DNA of 64,000 nt, from the NCBI GenBank assembly GCA_964557135.1, contig CAZKZB010000008.1, positions 14,779 to 78,778 of the forward strand, read 5' to 3'. The first letter of the stretch is position 1, and each line of letters opens with the position of its first letter. The stretch comes from an uncultured Petrimonas sp. (GTDB lineage Bacteria > Bacteroidota > Bacteroidia > Bacteroidales > Dysgonomonadaceae). The notes below the pieces were generated by a model. That model searched no databases. It was not told where the DNA came from and saw nothing but the letters and a program-made list of their open reading frames with translations. The translations under genes and the position numbers were made by a program. This document shows, in pieces, positions 56,101 to 64,000 of the stretch.

Positions 56101-59100
56101 ATACATGGATGAAAAGCACACAACAAACTCCAACCGTTCAAAGTGCCATCAATAGCGGACAAAAGTTTTCACCGACTTTATTCGGACATACTTCAAGCGG
56201 AAACGCCAGGTTTGCAAGTCATGATGAAAACACAGCGCCATTTGAGGATTATTTAGCAAATAATGGCCCGTCAGCATCTTTCTCAGTTCGCCAAGCAAAT
56301 GATATTTTTCAATATACAAGTTCTATTTCCGAATTCAGTTCTATCATAGGCGCTACTTTCCGACTGAACGAAAACTCGTACGTTCAAACCAACACGCAGG
56401 ACTTGGGTGATATCGGGCCTATGTTACCTCGTATTGGAAAAGTAAAATTTACTATTTTGGAACAAGGGACATCCACACCTGTTGAAGGAGCAAGCATAGC
56501 GCTATTTGACACCCTTAATGTAACCGACCGCAACGGACAATGGCTTTACGAAGGATTTGGCGGACAGGTTGTTGTTACCGTAAAACCGCCCGCAGGCAAA
56601 AGATTAGTAGCGGTTCAAAAAAGTATTAATATTAACGATAACGGCTTGGTAGAAGAAGTGAATATCTCACTTCAAACCGGAGTAAGAGTATTTGGCTCTG
56701 TTACCGGTAAAAACCAACCTATTCCCGAAGCACAAATATCGGTTGAGGGATTTGAATATTTATCCGTAAGTGCAGACCAATCGGGAGTTTACGAAATGTA
56801 TATACCCCCCGGCGCTCAGGTATTGAAAGCTTCAAAAACGGGATTTTTCTCCAAAAGAGAAGAACGAACACTTTCCACGACTGCCGATATCGAATGGAAC
56901 TTTTCATTGGAAGACGGAGGTGGAAGAAATATTTCCACACTATTGGGCTTCGAAATTGAACTCGACAAATCCGAAAAAGATGGACAAACAGAAAAATGGT
57001 CGGGCAGGTTTGTAAACCTAAAACCGGTATCCACTTTTTTTACAACAGACACAAAGGGTATTGCTTTCAATAACATAAAAGTAACGTTCGATGCAAACGG
57101 CAACGCAATTCCTGAAAACAACAAAGTAATTACCGATGTGACACAAATTCCACTGAAAGTGTTCGGGTTTCTTCCTATAATCTTAAAAAATGATTCAAAA
57201 ATCGTTGTGGAGGCAATGCCGGATGGCAAAGGAAGCATAAAAGGTAAAATGCAGTTAGACGTAAGTAGGGTTTTGAGTTCAAGTATTAAATTACCGGTTG
57301 AAATTCCTATCTTTACCAAGATAAAAAACACTATAGCATCAGGCGAAGCATCTACTTCAAGTCCCGATCAACTTGACATAGAGCTTTTCCGTGCTGGAGC
57401 GACCAATGAATTACCCGATCTGACCTTGCAATTGGTCACCGAAAACAACAAAAAAGTCTCTCTGGATTTGTATGGTTTTACTGTAAATCTTGATTTGACA
57501 AAATCATCTGTAGCCACTACCGGAATTGTACTTTCGGGGAATGTCAAGACTCCGGCATTAGGCCCTATTTCTTCAGCCGATATAGTAATTGAAGAACTTA
57601 GTCTCTCCGATAAATTCTCGCTAAAATCAGTCAAAATTAGCGAAACCGGATTGCCTGAAATTAAAATAGCAAACTGGTCAGCTAAACTTTCATCCGTATT
57701 GTTCAATGAAAATGGATTTAAACTCGGTGGTGAATTAAAATTCAGCATCCCGAGTTCGGGAGATTCGCAGTTGGATTTTGCCGATCTCTCATTAGCGAAA
57801 GATGCTATTTTTGGCGGAAAATTCAGTTTCCCGGGTGCAGGACTTAATCTTGTGAAGGTTGCCAATTTAAAATCAGCCGGCAAACCCCTTAGCTTCGGAC
57901 GCGTAGGGTCAACACAAGTTTACTATCTCTCGGGAAGCGCGAAATTAAAGTTCGAGAAACTAATTTCAGACGAAATTACAATTCCTTCGTTCCAGGTACA
58001 GACCGACGCACGTTTTATGTTGGAAGCTCCTGTAAACTTGAAAGTTTCCGTAGGATTTGCGTCTATAGAAATTCAAAGTATCACAGTTAGCACACTGCAA
58101 GGCTCCACACCTTTTATCGGTGTAAAAGGAAAATTCGGTGTCGCTCTTCCGATGCTGAAAATAGAGACAGGTGACATCAAATACACCGCCGGTGCTAACG
58201 GACAAGTAAACGTATCGGTCGGCACTCTAACCGGAGTACTCGATATCCCGGTCATGAAAGTGGGTGTTACCATCGGTTTGAAAGAAAACGGATTCGAAGG
58301 CGGTGGAAAACTCGGTATTCCGGGAACACCAATAAATGCTGATATTAAATTTCATTATTTCAAACTACCAAACGGTATTGATGTAGGAGCCGAATTCAGT
58401 TCGGGCGTCATAATCCCATTAGGCGTAGTACAAATTTCAAGAGTTGGCGGTGGTTTCAGGTACAACAGCGACAACAGAACCTTCATGATTAACATTAATG
58501 GTGCGGCAAGCATTACCGGACTGCAGGCGGTTGTTAAACTAGACCCGATAAGCCTAACAGTAGAAACAGGTCCGGTTGTTAAAGGCAAATTAGGTGTCGT
58601 AGTGGGTGAAGTACTTGCATTGGCTGATGCGGAAGTTGTCTTAGATTTCCCTGCAAAACAATTTAACATTAAGATTAATATGGAACTCGAACCACTACCA
58701 AAAGTGGCTAAGGCCAGAGTTCAGGGATTGTTGGGTATTAGTTGGAAGCCGGAAGATACGTATGTTTTCCTTGGAACAAGCATTGAAGTAGATGTGTTGG
58801 GAATTCTTAAAAGTCGCGGTGTATTTGCCATCGGTATCAATGTAAGAGATCCGAAATCCAGAGGGGATGCTATCCCGCAATATTTCAGCTCGGTAGATGA
58901 TGCTCTGCTTGCAGAAGGGGCCGGAACTGTCTTTTCAGGAGTATATCTCCACGGTAAAACCACTGTAGGTATCCGGGAAAAAGATGCGCCTCGCTTTAGT
59001 TTTGGTTTAGTATCGGGCAGAGCATGGTTTTATACTGAAACAGAAGTGATGCTGTTTCTTAACTTCGCTCAAAATCAATATGCTATGCTAATTGGGGGAA

Positions 59101-59405
59101 TGGTTGAAGTTGGAGCCGAAGGGTGTTTTACTGCAATTTGTGTGGGAGCTCAATTTGCTTCATGTTTTAGAATTGCAGGCTCATTAAATAGTTCCGGATG
59201 GGAGCTTAGTGGCAATGTAGCGGGATATCTCGCCGCGAATGTCGGCAACTGTATGCCTAAATGCAACGATTTCTGTATCGGAGTTTTTAAACTCGGAGGG
59301 AGGCTTTGCATAGGCGCTCATGCTTCACTACGCATCAGCTCATCAAGAGGAATAGACGCTGGTTTCGGATTAGGGGCAGATAATAACGGGAACAAGTGTA
59401 TGTAG
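53121..59405 (+). CDS. Giant (2094-aa) secreted protein of unknown family with several CarboxypepD_reg-like domains and a Cys-rich C-terminus
   Basis: One uninterrupted ORF with signal peptide MKTINWLLLTLLFTVIWNEAYSQ. At least five prealbumin-like modules start near nt 54058, 55226, 55807, 56444 and 56681. About 860 C-terminal residues are unassigned and beta-rich, and there are 8 Cys in the last ~95 residues. Confidence 0.7.
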   Translation: MKTINWLLLTLLFTVIWNEAYSQININIQVKPPYQSRIAEYASRPDLILLTLTNTSRETQRVQLTGSIVGNNDISLTVRPSYKSPSPIEIAPGQVIALNSTDISFLFNYSSINVKGIDLNNVVYDARLREGIYQICIRALDYDTRQPISPDEPMGCTMFYINDLEPPIITAPLTETVLQNTGMSPIFPITWLSSPGSVPSTQYKVKIVEIIANRDPNDAMQSATTPPFFERTIMGGNSLLYGPTEPQLTPGRKYALMVQAIDPSGQSIFRNEGKSEVHVFEYGNVNSGIGSIADGSGGENNKLITKENATNTISGKVIWAYKATEESFKSAPTTKIVYEPKDESSKSSGDGLVGYYLSHNDLQMKNYTALIMADPTLQQSSDANTSTNSASIYSPGTTSTDYFYHSTNSREGTTKFPLSNTTVNLLIRRKLNRNTPKPNESNKNNYNTIFGERNKSSLTSMLSSKTQTSNISMSSLNEPTSPNPQNAPVQEYQNDLLATATTNQSGVFTLELINPKFEGVMDNAELVISIKKEGFDAFEKALPANELDRLENIDIGELLVLANTYRFNPKIELERPQNTEITNPGMRIKVYREATDENKYPFLKEEGNRFQGTTTTKVINGKLYNEIATDSVAKDSYSVEAYSFNFGRIFRFGKIYIEAEDLSQNYKKLTTNLQVVEFKSNTDNRDLLTVKPSYLMKVENPSVIGEVLLSAGENKVPVAGAMVRVSFNKEDVTLSSSQKADNIQASTSPPGSLFSTEKIAITSVTSTSGTVKLASSSDVSFSSISAAVSNTGLSVPAEITSASGSALTYNVVNSGALSSNFAGLYLKYTAFTDSAGNFLIGDLPVLKPGGRYTIELINVPSNYQGMAVLPDSKQTFAVNAGSQTAVQFNISPELVNIVGRVVTEKETPVGFARLHFKGSTHYFESGETGIFQTSFYVGEHTLIVEKEGYMPFEKIIRVTGKEETDDRITATNNIRLTPVLIKPGEAVMSISTPDTWMKSTQQTPTVQSAINSGQKFSPTLFGHTSSGNARFASHDENTAPFEDYLANNGPSASFSVRQANDIFQYTSSISEFSSIIGATFRLNENSYVQTNTQDLGDIGPMLPRIGKVKFTILEQGTSTPVEGASIALFDTLNVTDRNGQWLYEGFGGQVVVTVKPPAGKRLVAVQKSININDNGLVEEVNISLQTGVRVFGSVTGKNQPIPEAQISVEGFEYLSVSADQSGVYEMYIPPGAQVLKASKTGFFSKREERTLSTTADIEWNFSLEDGGGRNISTLLGFEIELDKSEKDGQTEKWSGRFVNLKPVSTFFTTDTKGIAFNNIKVTFDANGNAIPENNKVITDVTQIPLKVFGFLPIILKNDSKIVVEAMPDGKGSIKGKMQLDVSRVLSSSIKLPVEIPIFTKIKNTIASGEASTSSPDQLDIELFRAGATNELPDLTLQLVTENNKKVSLDLYGFTVNLDLTKSSVATTGIVLSGNVKTPALGPISSADIVIEELSLSDKFSLKSVKISETGLPEIKIANWSAKLSSVLFNENGFKLGGELKFSIPSSGDSQLDFADLSLAKDAIFGGKFSFPGAGLNLVKVANLKSAGKPLSFGRVGSTQVYYLSGSAKLKFEKLISDEITIPSFQVQTDARFMLEAPVNLKVSVGFASIEIQSITVSTLQGSTPFIGVKGKFGVALPMLKIETGDIKYTAGANGQVNVSVGTLTGVLDIPVMKVGVTIGLKENGFEGGGKLGIPGTPINADIKFHYFKLPNGIDVGAEFSSGVIIPLGVVQISRVGGGFRYNSDNRTFMININGAASITGLQAVVKLDPISLTVETGPVVKGKLGVVVGEVLALADAEVVLDFPAKQFNIKINMELEPLPKVAKARVQGLLGISWKPEDTYVFLGTSIEVDVLGILKSRGVFAIGINVRDPKSRGDAIPQYFSSVDDALLAEGAGTVFSGVYLHGKTTVGIREKDAPRFSFGLVSGRAWFYTETEVMLFLNFAQNQYAMLIGGMVEVGAEGCFTAICVGAQFASCFRIAGSLNSSGWELSGNVAGYLAANVGNCMPKCNDFCIGVFKLGGRLCIGAHASLRISSSRGIDAGFGLGADNNGNKCM

Positions 59406-59493
59406 CTTTACACTATTTAGTTAGAACAAGTAATTAACGTTATAAAAAATATGATTCGAAAGTTGAATTGAAAAAAAATAATATGATATTGCA

Positions 59494-61503
59494 ATGAAAC
59501 TAAAATTAAAACTCAGACTTATAATCGCACTATACTTCTTGATTTTCTTCGCGACAAAATCTAATGCTCAGCGTCTTGACAACTTACTTGTTTTGCCGGG
59601 GCCAAAGCACACCATAGTATGGTTGCAAAGTGAGAACATAGAGAAGCCCGATGCGGGAGTAATATGGCAGGTCAATCGTGCCGACGGCGGAGACGGTAAC
59701 TTCAAAGAAGTAGGAAAAATCTCTTTTCCAGCTTCAAGCAGCCAGTTGAAATCAAATTTAGGCCCTAAACATTCGGCATCGGTATTGGAACAACTTCGCG
59801 CAGACAACATGGAGAGCGCTTACAAAATACTAAAGGAACACGGCGTGGATACGCTTGGACTTCTTTTCATAGAAACGCAAATTATGCAAGCCGTGGGATT
59901 GGCATTTATCGATGAAAATCGCAATCCGCTTGTGCAGTCTGTTTATCGCTTAGATTTAATTAAGGACGGCAAAGTGCAACAGTCATTGACACAAAAGGTG
60001 GATGGAAAACTGCCAGTTTATACCGAACGCTTCCGAGCCGAAAAATATCACGCGTCTGACAGTATTGTCGCCGCAAGCTGGCTTGGAATGTACCCAAAAT
60101 CAGAAATTGGAGTTTTCTTTGTTAACATTATAAAGAAACAAAACAAGGAAAAGGATTATCACCTGGTGGACAGGAAACTTTTGTCAATGACTGGCGAAAC
60201 AAACGAAAGTCATGTCTCATTCTACGAAGATGCTCACACAGGTAGTTTTCTTTCTTATTATATCCAATTAGAAGACTTAGCGGGAAATCTGGGAGAGCCG
60301 TCAGACACCATTCATTTACTGGCAGTAGATGACAAAAAGCTACCGGTGATAAAAAACTTTTTGGCAACTGACACGTTAGGTGGACTATTACTTACTTGGG
60401 AACCATTACCTAAAAATGCACTGTTCACAGGTATTCAGATACTAAAATCGCGTCAGTCTGAAACAGATTTTATTGTAGTTGATACCATCGCCTCCGATTT
60501 AAGTTTCTATTTGGATGACAAAGTAATGGCCGCATCCACGTATTATTACAAAATACGGCCGTTGCTGTTTCAATTGCCGTCTGGCAATCCCTACCCGTTC
60601 GCAGATGCTGTAGGATTTAAAGAGTTGCGGATGGGATCCCAAAACCCAAACACACCAATCGGGGTTTCTGCACGAACTACTCCTTCCGGAATTGAGGTTA
60701 GCTGGCAAAGGAGTTCCGAACCCGATATTTTCGGTTATATGTTATTGCGTGGCACTTCGTCAAAAAACTTGGAGGTAATTGAACCATCTGTAAAAGATTA
60801 TGTGTATGTTGACACTACTTTCTATAAAGGATACTCGGGGCAATACCATTATGCGGTTCAGGCAATCGGTATGAATCAATTGTTAAGCGACACATCCGAA
60901 ATAGCCTCGGTGGGAGTGGTTCAAGCTATTGTGCTTTCACCGCCGGGAGGCATCTCAGGAAGACGCGTAGCCGAAGGCGTAAGCCTGCAATGGGAAGATG
61001 TGAGGCAAAAAGATGACAAAGTGAACGGATTTATGTTGTACCGGCGCAAATCGGGGACAAAGGAGTATCGTAACTTAACTTCTGAAGCACTGCTCCGTCC
61101 CTATTACATTGACACAACGGCTGTTCAGTCTGAGGCTTACGATTACGCCGTAGCTGCCAGCGATGCGTGGGGCAATCAGAGCGTTTTGTCACCAAATGCC
61201 ACCATAAATACCGATGACTCTGCAGTTCTCCAACCACCGCTACAACTTAATATTCGAAGCCTTCAAGCGGGTATTGATTTATCGTGGCCTCAAGATTATT
61301 TAAATGTGGAAGGAAAATCGTTTGTTGTCTATCGACGTGAAGTTGGGAAAAGTGATTTTGTCAAATTAGAGGAAATTAATAACGGGAAGTACTCATTCCT
61401 TGATAACAATGTCTCTACTGACATCCTGTATGAATACGCAGTAAGCGTAAAATATAAAAATTCTGAAGGCCTAAAAAGCACTCCTGTTTCTGTTCGAAGA
61501 TAA
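59494..61503 (+). CDS. Secreted protein with multiple fibronectin-type-III-like modules
   Basis: 669-aa ORF with a signal peptide ending KSNAQ. It has repeated W...GY.L.R......Y.D....Y.Y.V.A.D..GN.S modules (YYYKIRP, YHYAVQAIG, YDYAVAASDAWGNQS, YEYAVSVKY). Confidence 0.6.
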   Translation: MKLKLKLRLIIALYFLIFFATKSNAQRLDNLLVLPGPKHTIVWLQSENIEKPDAGVIWQVNRADGGDGNFKEVGKISFPASSSQLKSNLGPKHSASVLEQLRADNMESAYKILKEHGVDTLGLLFIETQIMQAVGLAFIDENRNPLVQSVYRLDLIKDGKVQQSLTQKVDGKLPVYTERFRAEKYHASDSIVAASWLGMYPKSEIGVFFVNIIKKQNKEKDYHLVDRKLLSMTGETNESHVSFYEDAHTGSFLSYYIQLEDLAGNLGEPSDTIHLLAVDDKKLPVIKNFLATDTLGGLLLTWEPLPKNALFTGIQILKSRQSETDFIVVDTIASDLSFYLDDKVMAASTYYYKIRPLLFQLPSGNPYPFADAVGFKELRMGSQNPNTPIGVSARTTPSGIEVSWQRSSEPDIFGYMLLRGTSSKNLEVIEPSVKDYVYVDTTFYKGYSGQYHYAVQAIGMNQLLSDTSEIASVGVVQAIVLSPPGGISGRRVAEGVSLQWEDVRQKDDKVNGFMLYRRKSGTKEYRNLTSEALLRPYYIDTTAVQSEAYDYAVAASDAWGNQSVLSPNATINTDDSAVLQPPLQLNIRSLQAGIDLSWPQDYLNVEGKSFVVYRREVGKSDFVKLEEINNGKYSFLDNNVSTDILYEYAVSVKYKNSEGLKSTPVSVRR

Positions 61504-61673
61504 TGTTATGTTTAGCTTATATTACCAGAAAATGATTTCTCACAAGCTAAAAAACTGCTTTATACTCTACGAATACAGGCTGTTGCTCAAGAAAAGTAAT
61601 TTATACTTTAAAAGTCGGATAAACTATTTCACCCATGAAACAATAAATAGAGAAAATCTAAAATACCTATACT

Positions 61674-62339
61674 TTATGCTATTTTTATAAAACGCTTGCT
61701 TTTCCTGTCGTAATTATAAATTTCGCCTTCTTCTATATGATAATACCAGCCCATAATGGTTAGTGAGCCATCCTTTATCCGCTTTCGGATATAAGGATAT
61801 TTCATCAAGTGGTTCATTTGCTGCACCACGTTCATTTTTTCGGTAAACTCGCTCCGCTCATCGAGTGATATTTTGTTTTTAGCGACTTTTTCCTCCACAA
61901 TTTTCTTCACAGGCCAAGCCAGTTCGAGCCATTTTTTCGTGTGCGGGAGTTTGTTGAGTTCTTCATCGTGATACAACGCCGCGCATCCGCCGCAATTGGA
62001 GTGTCCACAAACCACGATATTGGTAACATTCAGCTGATTAACGGCATATTCGATAACTGCCGAGGTGGCTACAAAAACTTCGGCGTCTTTATCGTAAAAA
62101 GGCACCAAATTGGCAATATTTCTTACCACAAACATCTCACCCGGAATGGTTTTGGTAACCAAATTGGGTATCACGCGCGAATCGGAACAACCGATAAACA
62201 GCGTATGCGGACTTTGGTGTTTGCCCAACTCTTCAAAGAATTGCTGACGGGGTATAAATTCGCTGGTTTTGAAATCGCGAATTCCTTCGAACAGACGGTT
62301 ATAATCTAATGCCGGATGCGGGTCGAGGGGTAAGCTCAT
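61674..62339 (-). CDS. Beta-class carbonic anhydrase
   Basis: 221-aa ORF with zinc-ligand motifs GCSDSRV and VCGHSNCGGC. Confidence 0.85.
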   Translation of the reverse strand: MSLPLDPHPALDYNRLFEGIRDFKTSEFIPRQQFFEELGKHQSPHTLFIGCSDSRVIPNLVTKTIPGEMFVVRNIANLVPFYDKDAEVFVATSAVIEYAVNQLNVTNIVVCGHSNCGGCAALYHDEELNKLPHTKKWLELAWPVKKIVEEKVAKNKISLDERSEFTEKMNVVQQMNHLMKYPYIRKRIKDGSLTIMGWYYHIEEGEIYNYDRKSKRFIKIA

Positions 62340-62501
62340 ATGTGTTTACTCTAAAATATAGTAATTTTATCTTCATAATCAGATACAATCGAAATTAACT
62401 TACGAAAATATCGGTTTCTGTTTTCGTAATATTCTCTTCGTCTTTTTTCATTAAAATATCTATTTTTTGAAGAGTTTCGTTGTATTGTTTTTCTGTTTTT
62501 A

Positions 62502-64000
62502 TCATGGAATAGACTTCATACTCAACTGAATCCGTTTCCGCTCCAAATCTACCGACAGCACTCTCACTTTCACGTGCTGATGCAGCGACACCACCTCGGT
62601 TGGGTTCGACACAAATCGGTCTGCCAACTCCGAGATGTGCACCAGCCCGTTTTCTTTGATGCCCACGTCCACAAAACACCCGAAATTGGTAATGTTGGTA
62701 ACAATGCCGGGCAGAATCATTCCTTCGTGCAAATCGGCGATTGTTCGCACGTTGGGGTCAAATTCCAGCACCTGAACTTTTGTACGCGGGTCGCGACCGG
62801 GTTTTTCCAACTCTTGCAGAATATCGGTAAGCGTTTCGGCTCCTATTTTATCGGTTTTGTATTTCTCTATTTCCACGCGCTCCTTCAGCGAAGAATCGCC
62901 GATTAAATCGTCCACGGAACAGTGCAAATCTTTCGCCATTTTCTCCACCACGGGGTAACTTTCGGGGTGAACCGCCGAATTGTCTAACGGATTTTTGGCA
63001 TCGGGAATGCGCAGAAATCCGGCGCACTGCTCAAACGCTTTGGCGCCCAATCGGGGTACTTTTTTTAATGACGCGCGTGAAGCAAAAGCGCCGTTTTCGG
63101 CACGAAAATCCACGATATTTTGAGCCAACGCCTCGCCCAAACCCGAAACATACATCAGCAGATGCTTGCTGGCAGTGTTGAGATTGACTCCCACCAGATT
63201 AACACAACTTTCCACCGTTTGGTCGAGCGAACGTTTCAGTTTCGATTGATCCACATCGTGCTGATATTGCCCCACGCCGATGGATTTCGGGTCTATTTTT
63301 ACCAATTCGGCAAGCGGATCGCTCAACCGCCTTCCGATGGAAACCGCGCCCCGAACCGTTACATCGTAATCGGGAAACTCTTCGCGCGCCGTTTTCGATG
63401 CCGAATAAACCGACGCGCCGTTCTCGCTCACCACAAAGACTTTTACTTCGCGGTCGTAGCGCAGGTTGGCGATAAATCGCTCAGTTTCGCGGCTTGCCGT
63501 TCCGTTCCCGATGGCAATGGCATCTATTTTGTATGCAGAAACCAATTTTACGACTTTGTTTGCCGATTTCTGAAACTCGTTTTGCGGCGGATGCGGAAAA
63601 ATGGTTTCGTTATGCAGCAAATTACCCTGTTCATCCAAACAAACCAGCTTGCAACCCGTTCTGTATCCCGGATCGACGCCCAAAATACGCTGTTGTCCCA
63701 ATGGCGGAGCCAACAGTAGCTGACGCAGGTTTTCGGCAAAAACGGCGATGGCGGATTCGTCGGCTTTTTCTTTCGATAGATTGGCAAATTCGGTTTCGAT
63801 AGACGGTTTCAGCAAACGTTTGTACGCGTCAACTACGGCATTTTCGATATAATCGGCGGCTTCGCAGTTCTTTTTGGCGTATCGGGGAACGAGTTTGTCC
63901 AAGCATTTTTCGTCGTCGGGTGAAATGGAAACGCGCAAAAATCCTTCCGATTCCCCGCGCCGAACCGCCAAAATTCGGTGCGACGGGCAACGCGACAGCG
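62502..64000 (-). CDS. tex: Tex-like transcription accessory protein (YqgF/HHH/S1 domains), 5' end beyond the window
   Basis: YqgF-like GVDPGYRTGCK, helix-hairpin-helix region and C-terminal S1 domain GIVTNITNFGCFVDVG are present. The frame stays open to nt 64000, so the gene is partial. Confidence 0.85.
   Translation of the reverse strand, partial: LSRCPSHRILAVRRGESEGFLRVSISPDDEKCLDKLVPRYAKKNCEAADYIENAVVDAYKRLLKPSIETEFANLSKEKADESAIAVFAENLRQLLLAPPLGQQRILGVDPGYRTGCKLVCLDEQGNLLHNETIFPHPPQNEFQKSANKVVKLVSAYKIDAIAIGNGTASRETERFIANLRYDREVKVFVVSENGASVYSASKTAREEFPDYDVTVRGAVSIGRRLSDPLAELVKIDPKSIGVGQYQHDVDQSKLKRSLDQTVESCVNLVGVNLNTASKHLLMYVSGLGEALAQNIVDFRAENGAFASRASLKKVPRLGAKAFEQCAGFLRIPDAKNPLDNSAVHPESYPVVEKMAKDLHCSVDDLIGDSSLKERVEIEKYKTDKIGAETLTDILQELEKPGRDPRTKVQVLEFDPNVRTIADLHEGMILPGIVTNITNFGCFVDVGIKENGLVHISELADRFVSNPTEVVSLHQHVKVRVLSVDLERKRIQLSMKSIP

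Noticed and set aside
62395-62679. 94-aa minus-strand ORF downstream of tex
   Set aside because: It overlaps the tex S1-domain coding end in another frame and has no independent support.

Overview
This is a Bacteroidota-type chromosomal segment. That assignment is inferred from the LptE-SecG-sigma54 regulator synteny, the many lipoprotein and outer-membrane genes, a TTTG-N19-TAnnTTTG promoter and DUF4827/TlpA-type lipoproteins. I call about 50 protein-coding genes and found no rRNA, tRNA or CRISPR array.

Housekeeping genes include nadB, folP, cdaA, recF, glmM, rpe, dnaA, rnhB, secG, lptE and a partial tex at the right edge. Gene orientation flips from mostly minus (6.8-30.1 kb) to mostly plus (30.4-61.5 kb) a few kb from dnaA, so the window probably lies near the replication origin.

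Two regions stand out.

1. 9.3-20.2 kb is a minus-strand B12-dependent glutamate mutase / methylaspartate ammonia-lyase / Fe-S hydro-lyase (candidate mesaconase) operon.
   - It has no citramalate lyase. Instead it carries an uncharacterised DUF1446-like + DUF4387-like + P-loop NTPase trio.
   - It is interrupted by a DUF559 endonuclease cassette flanked by a 10-bp direct repeat and palindromic repeats.
   - A roughly 75-nt leader module is fused in frame to three consecutive genes.
   - The intergenic spacers are unusually long and repeat-rich.

2. 45.5-61.5 kb holds a LytS-type sensor kinase (split by one in-frame TGA) and a LytTR regulator, followed by a tight four-gene cluster.
   - The cluster encodes a collagen-like lipoprotein, a 567-aa putative outer-membrane barrel, a 2094-aa secreted giant protein with a Cys-rich tail, and a 669-aa FN3-like repeat protein.
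   - LytTR-type direct repeats lie upstream of both the kinase gene and the cluster.
   - I consider this the best candidate for an undescribed envelope or surface system.

All family names come from motif recognition by eye. No searches were run.
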